From: Utricularia gibba
Taxonomy: Eukaryota > Plantae > Magnoliophyta
Length of the DNA: 64,000 nucleotides
Assembly (NCBI GenBank): GCA_002189035.1
Contig: NEEC01000015.1
Coordinates: forward strand, 1,054,001 to 1,118,000
Reading direction: 5' to 3'
A program made the position numbers and the translations under genes. The notes beneath the pieces are model-generated. The model ran no database searches. It was not told where the DNA came from and worked only from the letters and a program-made list of their open reading frames with translations. Positions 34,957 to 46,982 of this stretch are shown piece by piece; position 1 is the stretch's first letter; each line of letters begins with the position of its first letter.

Positions 34957-37900
34957 CTACTCGATCCATGGTGCACCAACCACCTTAGCCATGAAAGCAT
35001 ATCTATCTGCAGCTTCATCTATCTGAAGAGAAGACATTCATAAACCAGGCTCAGGAGATGTAACAGTGATTCAATGGCTACACTAACAAAGTAGACTGTC
35101 ATTCATTCAGGGGGTTTACCATTTTCTGTGTGGGCATTCCAGCCCCATGCCCAGCTTTCTGCTCTATTCGCCCGATTATGGGGTTCGTTTGAGGGCTGTT
35201 CTCCACGCTCGTGCACAGAACATGCTGCAGGGTCTGCAGCAGCAAAATGGTGAGATTCTGATATGACGTACAAAACAGGAGACATGGTCAATTCTGCTGG
35301 AGAAACGAACTCCTACCGCCAATAGCTTGAGTGAGTGCAGAGGCACGACACGGTCATCGTGGTCTGCAGTCAACAGCATGGTGGATGGATACTGGATTCC
35401 GACGTTCGACGGCGTATCCCAAGGTCTCCGGACGTTATGCAGGGGAGAGTACCTGAACAAGTGAGGAAACCGCATATAAATGATATTTGGATGGATATGC
35501 CCCATGAGAAAGGGGTGTGAATGAAGGTAAAGAAGGTTCATACTTGAAAAGCCAACTAAACTCTTCTTCTTTATCAGAACAACCATAGTCTGATGTCCAT
35601 GCATGGCCTGATTTTCCAGAGGATACAGTATAAGGAAAGATGACTAAGGAAACAATATTTGTTTCGTAAAAGGAGCTTTTTGTACCAATGGTAAACTTGT
35701 GAAACCTTAGCATGTCCATAACGCCAACATGAGCAAGAGCACAGCCAAAAAGATCAGGCCTCTGAAATAGCATGCCATCGGGATATCTCATTTGGATGGT
35801 TTAGAAGTAAGGGATCCATCTGATTTCATGCAAGATAAAGATACCTGATTGATGCAAGCGCCAACGAGAAGCCCACCATTGCTTCCACCTTCGATGCACA
35901 ACTTGTTAGGCTGAGTGTATCCAGCAGAGATTAGATAATCAGCAGCTGATATAAAATCATCAAAGCAGTTCTGTTTATTTGCAAGAGCACCAGCTTTATG
36001 CCATTCTTCCCCATACTCACCACCTCCACGTATGTTTGCAATGCAGAGAACTACACCTAGGTGCTTAGCGATTAAAACACGGCTAGCAGCAAAGTACGGT
36101 GTAATACTGATATTAAATCCACCGTATCCGTACAACAGGCAGGGATGTGAGCCATCCAGAGTGAGGCCCTTTTTGGCCACTATGAAAACTGGGATTTTGG
36201 TACCATCTTTACTGGGAACAAAAACCTGGAAATATGCAAATAGTGAGTGAGGCACCAAAGGCTGGTGACTAAATGATCAAGTTAGTTGATAGGCAAATAA
36301 TATATGTTACGGTTGACGCCAGCAATAATGTAGAACTGAGTAAATTGCATTTTTACCTGAGTAGCTTCAAACTGGGTCCTGTCAAATCCAGGGACAGCTA
36401 TTTCGCGAAAGATTCTCATATCTGGGTCCTTTCCCTCTAAGTTGCACACATATATGATGCCTGGGACAAGAAAGCTTTTAAACTCAATAAAGACAGTGCT
36501 GTCTTTCCTACGGGCAGAAACTTGGGACACTGTTCCAATATCGAGCGGCAGATGTTGTAGAAGTGTTCCAGTATGTAAGTCTCTTAAATGCAAAACGTTT
36601 TTCACGTCATTCAAATAACTAACTATGATCTGGTTTTTGTTTACTGCAACTGCTGACTCCAGGACATCTTTTGAATCTTCTTGAAGTAGCTCAACCCAAG
36701 CTGTAGGTTCCTTCAAATCAATCCGAACAAGCTTATATCTTGGAGCTTCCTTGTTAGAGTGAAACGTGAAAACTGTGTCATCATTGGCAACATAGGTATA
36801 GGAAGCTTCAAAATTGTCAATAAGCTTGACAAAGGGGAGCAAATCTTTGCTTCCCTTATAGCCTTCAAGTCCATTTTGGAGCAGTGATAAGTCACAGTAG
36901 TAAAGCTTGTTGACTGGATCACAGTCTTGATTAGTATACAACAGAAGATACTGCATGATCAAAAAAAATATTAGACACATTAATTAAGGAAAAAACACAA
37001 CAGAGTACTTCAAAACACTCTAAAACACACAGAAATTTTCTGTGTGCAATTCTCTTTAACCAGAAAATGAAGCATCACAGAAATCAATACCTTTCCATCC
37101 TCCGTAACTGAAGTAGTATGTGTGTGCCTGGGATTTTCAGGATCACTCCAACATAATATGTCCTCAGTTTGATCATTTCCAAGGAAGTGATAGTAGACCT
37201 CATGGTTTAGATTGGAATGGGTCTCTGTTCCCGCATCCACCTCCCCTCCAGGCCTAATACCAAGAATGGAAAAAACGGAAACAACTTAGGGAAATAATTC
37301 AGAAAACTAATACAGAAAAAAAGAAAAGAAACTTCCATTCCCTTGGAAATATTAACTTTCAGACTCAGTAATGGGAGCAATAAAATCTAGCAAGGGTAAA
37401 ATCTTGGTTGTGATGAATAATTCTACAAAAATCGTTTTATCACTTCAAATGAAACTTACGCGAGAGCAGGGTAACGGCTGTAGAAGAAGCCCTTGCTATC
37501 ATGAGTCCAACTAATGCTTGAAAATTTAACCTGGTAAATACAAAATTATGTCATTCTGAAGGTCACTCAGATTATGATATCACAAAATTACAAATGGAAA
37601 ACACGTCTCATGAAAGCATGAAAAAACTACTGCATGAATTAAAAATATTACCCATGAAACAGTATCTGGCTCGATGACCATATCGTCAACCCTCATAACC
37701 TTGACAGTGACCCAATCACTCCCACTAGCACTAGTACCGTATGCCAAATACTTGGCATCCTCACTAACGCCGTATATACTTAATGCCACGGTTCCATCTT
37801 CACTTAATGTATTAGGATCAAGCAAAACCTCAGCTTTCCCCTCTAAAGTATCCTGTGATATATTCTCAACTTTTTAGGTAACAAAAGGTGTCGAGAGAAA

Positions 37901-38637
37901 ATCGGAATAAAAAAGATAAAGCACCTGAACATATAGCACGCTTTGTGGCTGCAAGCCAGTATTATGGAAGTGAAAGTACTTTTCGCCAGCCCTGAATGGG
38001 GCACTGTACTTCGGAAAGTCATACAATTTAGTAAGATTTTCACGAAGCTTCTCTCTGGTTTCGCATGATTTAAGAATGGACTCTGTCAATTTCATCTGCT
38101 TTTCGACGAATTCATTTGTCTCTTTTGAATCAGGGTCCTCGAGCCTAAAGCCAGCGATTCAAATCCATCACATGATTCCCTCAACGCATCATAAAGCAAA
38201 AAAAAAAAAAAAGGATATTCCGCATAAGCAAGTGGAACACATCAAATACATAAAGTCCACTTCCACCCACAAAGAAAATCAATCAGAATGAATATTCGAT
38301 CAGCCAAAGAAAACTATCGATTCCCCATCAAAAGGAGCAATTACCATCGATACGGATCGGGGACCATCACCCCATGATAATTTTCCACTACAGACTCGTC
38401 CCTCCGAGTAACTGGGTACTCCAGAAGCTTGCCATAAGCGGAAAGCGAACCCATGCTACGAAGGCGATGGTTTCCGGGTACGCCTTCTCTCAAAAGAATC
38501 TGTGTGCGGAAACGCCGCAATGAACGACAGAACTTAATGGCGCCCGACAATGAAAAGCCTCGCGGCAAGGCTACGGAACCTTGCTGACAAATGGGGAGGA
38601 GATTCCTCCGCAAATGACAAGTAGATGCAAACACCAT
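34957..38637 (-). CDS. Prolyl oligopeptidase (S9A) with a 61-aa N-terminal extension, multi-exon
   Basis: [33 protein letters not shown], catalytic [16 protein letters not shown] and AGHGAG. Last exon [21 protein letters not shown] with stop at 34957-34959. In-frame ATGs at 38637 and 38454. Confidence 0.95.
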
Positions 38638-40239
38638 GACGCCACTCTCCAATTCGGGCTAACGCTATAAGCCGTTGTAAGCCCAGTTATCTCAATAAGC
38701 CCACACAGACTTTTCATGCAATTAAACTTCGAGATTAATTCGTATTAAATAATACATAATAATTAGAGATTTAGTGATAATTGATATTAATGAATTAGGT
38801 ACTTATATAATTTTATATTTAATACTAGAATCACAATATTCATATCCTACCTAATTTAAAAATAGTTTTCTTTTAACACCCATTTTTATTTTATTATTTT
38901 TTAAAAATAATAATAACTTTTTATTTCAAAACTCTACGAAATTATATCTAATGCTAAGTGTGTGGTAAAAAAAAAAGTATTTTCTTTAAATTATTAATAT
39001 ATTAATAATTATATCAATCATTAATTTTCATAAAAAAATTTAGAACAGTTTTATTAAGCGAGCCATAATCAGTTTTTTTCTTGAATAACATTTTTTAATT
39101 ACACTTAGAGTTTTAGATCTTCCATTTTATACAAAATAACTTCATTCATATTTATGGTGTATTATATCAATTTTGATATTATGTGAATATAAGCAACTTT
39201 GAGATCAAATGAATAAAGTCATTTTTAAAATTTTAAAATTAAATTATTATATTCAAAAAATAAACAAAATCAATTAAATTGTGTAAAAAAAGTATTACTT
39301 CGATTACTTTAATTCTTTACTTCCATGCAAACTGATTTATTTAAATGTAAATATCACTCTTCTTTGAGTTAATTCTAAAATTTACCTATTAACTAAGCTA
39401 ATTTTTTATACCATATTTATCAAAATTTAAATAAATGAAACCCCTTATACAACAATTTCATAAACTAAATACTACCTAAAGTTGAATTTTGTTTATTCTT
39501 GATTTGTAGTTAACTGTTATAAAACAAAATATTCTTATAATTAAAAACCCAAAACATCAGCAAAGGCAATGAGTGAGTTGAGTCAGTGACTGGATTGGTG
39601 GTAGTTTCAAGAAAAGAAGGTCATGATTAAGATTCTGAATATCCCCTCTTTTTTTAAATTTTATTTCAGCTTTATTACAACTGAGTGAGTCTCCCCAGTC
39701 AACGTCATACCCTGACCAAAACTGTCAATTCCAGGATCTTTTTCCAGCTATTTCTCATTTTTACTTATTATTATCATTGTATGAATTTGGTGTTTTTTAT
39801 TTGGATTTTTAAACTTCATTTTTCATATATTTACCGTATTTTTTCTGATGCATGGAGGAGGTATTATTAATATTTCTATTTGCAAATTGCACCTCAATCT
39901 TTGAAAAGCTGCGGGAGGCGCCCACCCCCAAAACATCAATGCTTGCTGCCTGTCAGGACTTCAATAATGACTCTAAGTAGCCGACTGCCGGAACTTCTCA
40001 CATATAGATATTACAATATATTTATACTCATGCTCCCGAAAATAAATAAAAGAATTATAAAAAAACAGATTTCCGTACAAGATATGGAACCCCTCCGTAG
40101 CTGTCTCCATACCCTGCTTCAGATCCCCGTTCTTTCGAATGGAGGAAGACGATGGTGAGCTGTGTGTGCTTGAGATTACACATTACCTTTAGGGGAGGAG
40201 GGGATTCGGCCTGGCTTCAGGGGAGTTTGGCAAAGGGAA

Positions 40240-40375
40240 GCTTACAAGGCTCAGTTGGCAGCATGCCCACCTCCATCGCAGGGTGACAGAGAGCTCAACA
40301 GAAACGAACACAAAGACGGCGGCGCGGTGCTGTTGCGGAGGAGGAGGTGGACAGAATGCCAATGAGCTCTGCAAG
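40240..40375 (-). ncRNA. MIR394: MIR394 precursor
   Basis: Exact mature TTGGCATTCTGTCCACCTCC on the minus strand (40362-40343) and complementary star arm AGGTGGGCATGCTGCCAACTG (40272-40252). TATA-like CATAAATA upstream near 40480. Confidence 0.95.
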
Positions 40376-43300
40376 AACAAACCCTCCCTTTGACAAAACC
40401 CACCAGAAAAAAGAAACGCACAAGAAAACAAGAGAGCAAATGCTTGCAGCGGAGAAGGAAGAGTGTGGTGTGTGCGTGTATTTATGGAGTGGAGATGAAG
40501 GGAGTAAATGAGGGCTCCTTTGAGAGAAGAGAAGAGAAGAAGGAAGCCATCGAGATAATTCCCATTTCTTTTTTTTTAAGAAAAAAAGATTTGGAAAAAA
40601 ACATCATTCAGCCTTTGAAATAAATCATCATTAATGATGATAATTGAGATATCATCATTAAGTCTTTGAACTTTACACATAAATCATGTCCTTTAAATAA
40701 AAATTAATCATATCAGAATAAATTTTGGTCTCCAAAGATCGGACACACATATGAGTGTGCCTGCCTCCAATTTTGGTTTATAAAAAGTTGTATTTTAATA
40801 TTGCATTTATCAACTATTCTTGAAAATGGTGCGCACTTGCTTGTTGTGAATCATTTGTAACTGCTTTTTCCACATGACTACGTCATGGATACGTTCCAAC
40901 TAGAGACCCCATGTTACAAGTGTATCAATCTTAGGCAATTAAGATTTGGGACTTGCTACCACCTAATCTACGTATTAGGTACAATGCGGCTACCCATCGA
41001 ACGGATACCATAGTGTATGTTAAAATGTAACTCAATTTTATTGATCCCGAATTCATCATACTATATTTTACGATATAAAACTCGAAAATATCGTTTCGAG
41101 TTCAAATCCTTATGTCCATAACAAATTGAGTACGGGTTATTGGATTATGTTGAATAGCCTCGGATTGCGTTGTTTGCGTTGAATTATAGAATTTATAATG
41201 TGATTTTGGGTGTAAATACGTAGCAAGTAGCATATGGAATAATCACGTGTAGAGTATACCATTATCTCACTTAAATGACGGAGTAAATGCGATCTACCAT
41301 TGGTTGCTTAGTACGAGCTTAAAAAAACAATTTTATTATTTAGGAAATTATTATTTTTTTAAAAAATAATATTTGATAATTCTCACGTGTTTAGAGAAGG
41401 GGAATAAATTATATTTTACTTCTTTGTTTTTCGGAAATAAAAATAGGAAACTTTATCCAAATTAATTATTACCCACACGCCTTCCTTACAAACACCCAAT
41501 CTGTCTCAACGATGAGTCGAGAATCCCATGAAGTGTAATAAATGTGGGTCAACTCTGCGCAGTCCCGAAACACACAGACACACCATTACTGAGTGTTTAA
41601 TAAATTATTTCATATTTATGGTATGGAAATTTTGAATTTATTGGAAATGTGGGCAACTGGGGGTGGCATTAAATTTTAAATATTTATTGCTGGAAAGCTA
41701 CTTCCCAACTGCATCTCCATCAATTCTACCCAACGCCACACGGCGGCTATGGGGGTTGCCCCCCTGTCCCCTCATTTATAAAATTGACCCCTCCAACCTT
41801 ATATTTCGCACATTTAGTCAGAACAATTTATATATAAGGTTGTAATTTTTTTCACATAATATATGATGCATTATGAAGTCCTGCACCGAGGAAGGATGAA
41901 AAGTACTTGGGTGAATCTCATATTGATTGCACACACAGAAAAAAGATGAGATTGAATAGAATAATTATGCAAATTTTATACCAGATTTTTTTTCAAACAT
42001 GATGTATAATTATTGATATGAATTCCAAGGTTAATTATGTTTGCCTTAAAGTAAATTGAGGCTGAGTGACCTTCTAGAAATGTGAGTCAAATGTAATAAT
42101 ATTATAAAATCGTGAGAATTGATTGTTTAAAACAAATAATATCGTATAATATAAACGTTGATGGTTAGGGCGATATCCACTTTTCTAAATCATCCCTTCT
42201 ACTTTAGGACGTGTTTTTTTTTTCTATTTTTATTAGAATATAAAGCAATATTTCTTATTTTTTGATAAAAATAGAAAAGATTGTAGTCATGAAAGTGGTT
42301 AAAACTTAAATTTATATATTCAAACATAATATTATAAATATCGTATAATTTATATAAATTGAATTAGATAAGTTACACAATGTATTTAGTTAATAGAATA
42401 AATTTATGAATTCTAAATTGATATTTTTTTTATAGACAAAATATTTGTAATCAGATTATGTTCTTTATAAAAAATGTTGTTTTAATACAATAAATGGAAT
42501 TTTATGAATTTATTATCGTATAAAACTAAATCAATGAAATAAAGCATGTGAAAAATTTTGTATTAATTACACCCCATTTTTATACCTACCAATTAATGCA
42601 ATTTTTTAAAATGAAAACGTAGCTTATTTTTATTATAAATTTATGAAAAAATACACATTAATGCTGACCCTCATTTTGTCGGCTGGCGAGTTTAAATAAT
42701 GAAATTATAATGTTTTTGGGTTGTATTTAAGTTATTTAAATTGATTTCCGTAAATAATAATTAGAAATTGAATGAAATAAATATTTCAGAATAATAAATA
42801 AATAATATCATTTTAAAGATAAACGGAATTTTTATGAATTCTTATTTGAATTTCATGGCATTTTTAAATATTTTAAAAGAAGTTTCGATTTTGTATTATT
42901 TTTATAGAGGGATAATGGAGTATAATGTATAAAATAGTCTGCATTTGTATCAATATCGATTTTAATTGGGCTTTTCCTTCAGACAAGAGATGGGCTACTT
43001 CAGTGAAGAAGGAATTCGGGCCTGGACCCATCACCATCTGCCCAGCCCAAGGAGTTCATCTATATAAGCAAAACCTTTTTTACTGGGCAGGCCGCAGAGG
43101 CCCAAACATGAAATCCCATCCCAAGACAAAAACCTTAAACCCGAATATTGTTCAATTTGAACATTAAATTTTTACAATTTTACGTTATCCCCATCTTTGT
43201 ATCCATAGTTTTAGAGGTGATCATACATTATAATTACTATTAGAAAAGTTTCGCTATTTTTTTATGAAAAAGCTTTATACAAAATAATGTGATCCCAAAA

Positions 43301-45599
43301 TAGTGTGGGACTTCCAAGTGCGACGAAAGGGTCGGAAAACGAGGGATAAATGGACCTGTTCCGATCGACCGGACTCTGAGTCCGATCCCGGTCCAATACA
43401 ACAGTTCCATGGTATATGAAAGCCATGCTTAGTATGTGGAGACGCAGCATGCGATTCTGTGTCTGAACGAAAATCCCCAACTTTGATATCCTCCAACGCG
43501 CCCTCTCATCTGCGATGCGGGTTTAATGGCGCATCGAACTGTGGGCAATGCGTAAAGCTTGCGAATGGGTTGGAGCATTTATTAGACGACTGGGGTTTGG
43601 AACATGGGGACGTTTGTGTAGTACGAAAACCCATACATGACAAGGGAACATTCAAGACTTGGTCGTCATTACAAGGCATGGTGCGTTGCGGGAGCATTCA
43701 TTGTGGGGAATCTTGGTCTGCGCTCTGCACCCTGCTACTGTAGTGCTTCTGCTTCTCCCCCTAAACCCACCAAACCCTAGCCCTCCCCACTTGGATCAAG
43801 AAGATGATTGCACCAACCTCGTTGTTGCCCCAGTATTTCAAACTCACCCCATTTCGCAGGTAGCCAAGGAATGGCGTCGCAGACCGATCAGGGCTAATCT
43901 TCGAACACGAAAATGGGTTTGCAATCGCTGCACAAACAACGTCTGCAGAGATTCCCTTTTGTTCAGGGTAAGCATAGCATTTATGTGCCTCATTTACTCT
44001 CCCAACTAACCAACCCCTCTTCTCCCAGACTTGCTTTTTTTCCATTGTCGCCCATCCAAAGGCTGCATGGGACCTCCATTCCCCCCTTTTTTTCTTCGAT
44101 TTTAATTACGGGGAATTCGATACAAAAAAAAAAGAAATGTTTGTCGGTGATGCACATCTTGGGAAATGGAGAGATTTTGATCCCCAACACCAGCTGATCT
44201 GTAGAGCAGAGGCATCTTGATCGTAAACCCTAATGGGTCCGTCCTCATGAACCCTAATCCATCCATTCAACACCAAACATGGCAAGGTGTATTTGGTTCT
44301 CATAAAATAGAAACTAAATATATGTCGTTTTTTTAAAAATAAAAGCATTTACGGATTTATATATTTTTTGAAATAAATAACCGTACCATTTATTAATTAT
44401 TATCATAGACTTTTAATATCAATCATGAATTCAAGTTGAATGTATCAGAGCAAATAATAAATATTATATCTAAATCAAATATATAAGATACTATAAATCA
44501 TTAATAGTTAATTAGATTCAATCTTTTTAAATATTATTTATTTAATTTTTATATATTTAAAATTTAAATACGTGTTTTACCTATATATCTAATCTTTTAT
44601 TTCAACAAACTATAGGATTGATTCTTAATCACATAAATACCATTAAACAATTCCCAATGAGACTCTACTAATCTTTTTATGAAAGAAAAAAGTTGTTCAA
44701 ACTGAAACCATATTATATCAATTGGACGTGGGCGGCTAATGCATCCGTCATTAACATTGCGTCATGACCTAATTTCCATGGGGAATGTTCTTGTGTTTAT
44801 GTTTCTCTATTACACCATATGTTAGAAAAGCCATCATGGATTATAAATTGAAAGTGAGCTATGGTGGGAACGTGGGTTGGTAGTAGTAACTCTTACAAGG
44901 CGTTACGCTCTCATTGAATTTCGACATCAGATGAACAATTACAACTACACAGCTCACAACTATACTGCTACATTTTTAATTCGTTGTACGGACCCAGAAG
45001 TAAATGTACTGTAGTTGAACTGCTTATTCGTGTGCGAGATTAGTGAATAGTTTACGGTGTGTTTAAATGTTAATATGCTGTTAATCTCTACTGTCCCGAC
45101 AGCAGCAGCTGTTGCAGCTTTTTTTTTTCAAGCATGTGTCCATTTGGCAGCTTACATGTCAATAGCCTCAGCGCTGTTTCAAGTTTTAGGTTCAGGATTT
45201 CCAGCTTCTTGTTCCTGAGGTTAGCCTACCTCCGTTTCATTCCCCCAATCTTATATTGATTGGCTTCTTATTAGCAGAAAAGCTTCTACAGTATCATCAT
45301 TGCAACTCGTATCAGTTAGTGCACCATAATCAGTTTTCCAAGTTCAAAGCTTGTTCTTGTGATCCCGTGCTTGTCCCTTCTTTACAGAAAAGCTTCTCAT
45401 CTCTCTCTTGTCGGCTTTATGGACTTCCCTTCTTTACAGAAATGTGTTTGGGTTCGCCCATGAGCAGCTATCTGGGGAAGAAGATGAATACTGTAACATT
45501 TTTTCAAAAAGGCGTTGAGGTGCATACAACAAGCATTCAACAGAATGGAGAAACTCATACCAAACAGCGGCAGCCACTTGTGTCTTCGAGTCAGATTTG

Positions 45600-45695
45600 A
45601 AAGAATCAGTAGGATATTGGCACGGCTCAATCAAAACTCCTCCATGATAACAAGCCAGTAGGTCTGAGTGAGTCGAGCCAACATCTGAATGACCA
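45600..45695 (-). ncRNA. MIR171: MIR171 precursor
   Basis: Exact mature TGATTGAGCCGTGCCAATATC (45633-45613) and 5' arm TGTTGGCTCGACTCACTCAGA (45683-45663) form a hairpin. Confidence 0.95.
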
Positions 45696-46982
45696 TTTCA
45701 ATGCTCTCCTTCTTCTTCCTTCTGCTGCTGCTGTGAAATGAGGGAGGAACAAGGAGGGATGGGAGACAGGAAAGGAAGCAGACTTGATCAAGTTTAAATA
45801 AGTAGAAGAAAAGGGAAGAAGCAAGCAGCAAGGCCATTAATGGGAACGGATGGCCAACCCCATAAAGCGGAGCCACAGTGTCGCTGATTGCAATCAATAT
45901 GGTACTTGGAATTGTATATATGTACTTCACATTGTGGATGGGTAATTTACATAAGTGTCATACTCCCAGTTTATCACACAAAAAATTTTAATTAAGATGA
46001 TCACTTTTTTCATACACTTCATCAAGAATATCCACATTGTAATAAACTGTAAAATTCCAACTTAAGAAAACTTCTGATCCTGGATAAATTATATTAAACA
46101 CAATCTTGGTTACTGCATTGGGTAAGGCCCAAATCTATTATTGGGCTGTAAAAGAGCCCACATCCGCCATGGTGACGGTTGACCCGACCGGCCCAACCGG
46201 ACGAACGAATCGTTTCTACTCGGGGTTTTTCCGGCTATGCTGCTGACGAATCGGTCGGCACTCGACGTCGTTTCGGGGCCGTTGATTTGAAGAACAGTAC
46301 AGTCTCCACACCGAAGATCGCCGGACTTATGAATAGAAGTTAGAAATATCGGCCGTACTGTTGCAGATTTTTGTGTTTTCAAAGGAATTTTGGGCTGAAC
46401 CCAAGAGCCCAGTTGCCGTCAGTTGGGTTCAGAGGGGGGGGGGGGGGGGAATTAGGGTTCGTATTCGTCTCCGGGAAAACAGGATGTGGACGGTTCGATG
46501 GGCGGGATCGCCATAGCCGGGATTCATGGTGTCGGTTATGTTTGTTTCTATAATGCTCGTTCCCAGATATGGGCAGCTGGTTGTTTGGATTTCGCAGAAG
46601 GAAATAATATATTGGAGAAAAAACCTAAACGGAGAAGGATAAGGGCACAAGTGTCATTATATATAGCCATGGTCTCTCTTTAGGAAAGTTCTTAACCCCA
46701 CCGATTCTTTGAGAATTTTCACACCGGTAGGCAATTTTTCTGATCGCGGCGGGTTCGGCTTCGGCAGTTACCGGTGGTGGATATAAGCGGCGCGATCCTG
46801 CATTTTCTGTATATCTTTTTTCTATAACGATTGTGTTGTATAGGAGGTGTTTCTTTGGCTATCTTTTGTATTCGCCGCGCGGATTGAGAAGCGGCCTGTC
46901 GACGCGACGGAGGGACACGTTGCTGGAGTTTTCGGCGTATTGGTTTTGAATTAATCCCCAATCTATTCGTTCCTGATCTTCG

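Noticed and set aside
41078-41110. GAGTTCAAATCC tRNA T-loop/B-box-like motif with a 9-bp inverted repeat
   Set aside because: No A-box, cloverleaf or acceptor stem.
43861-43881. TAGCCAAGGA matching the 5' half of miR169
   Set aside because: Only 10 nt match, the 3' half differs, and there is no complementary arm.
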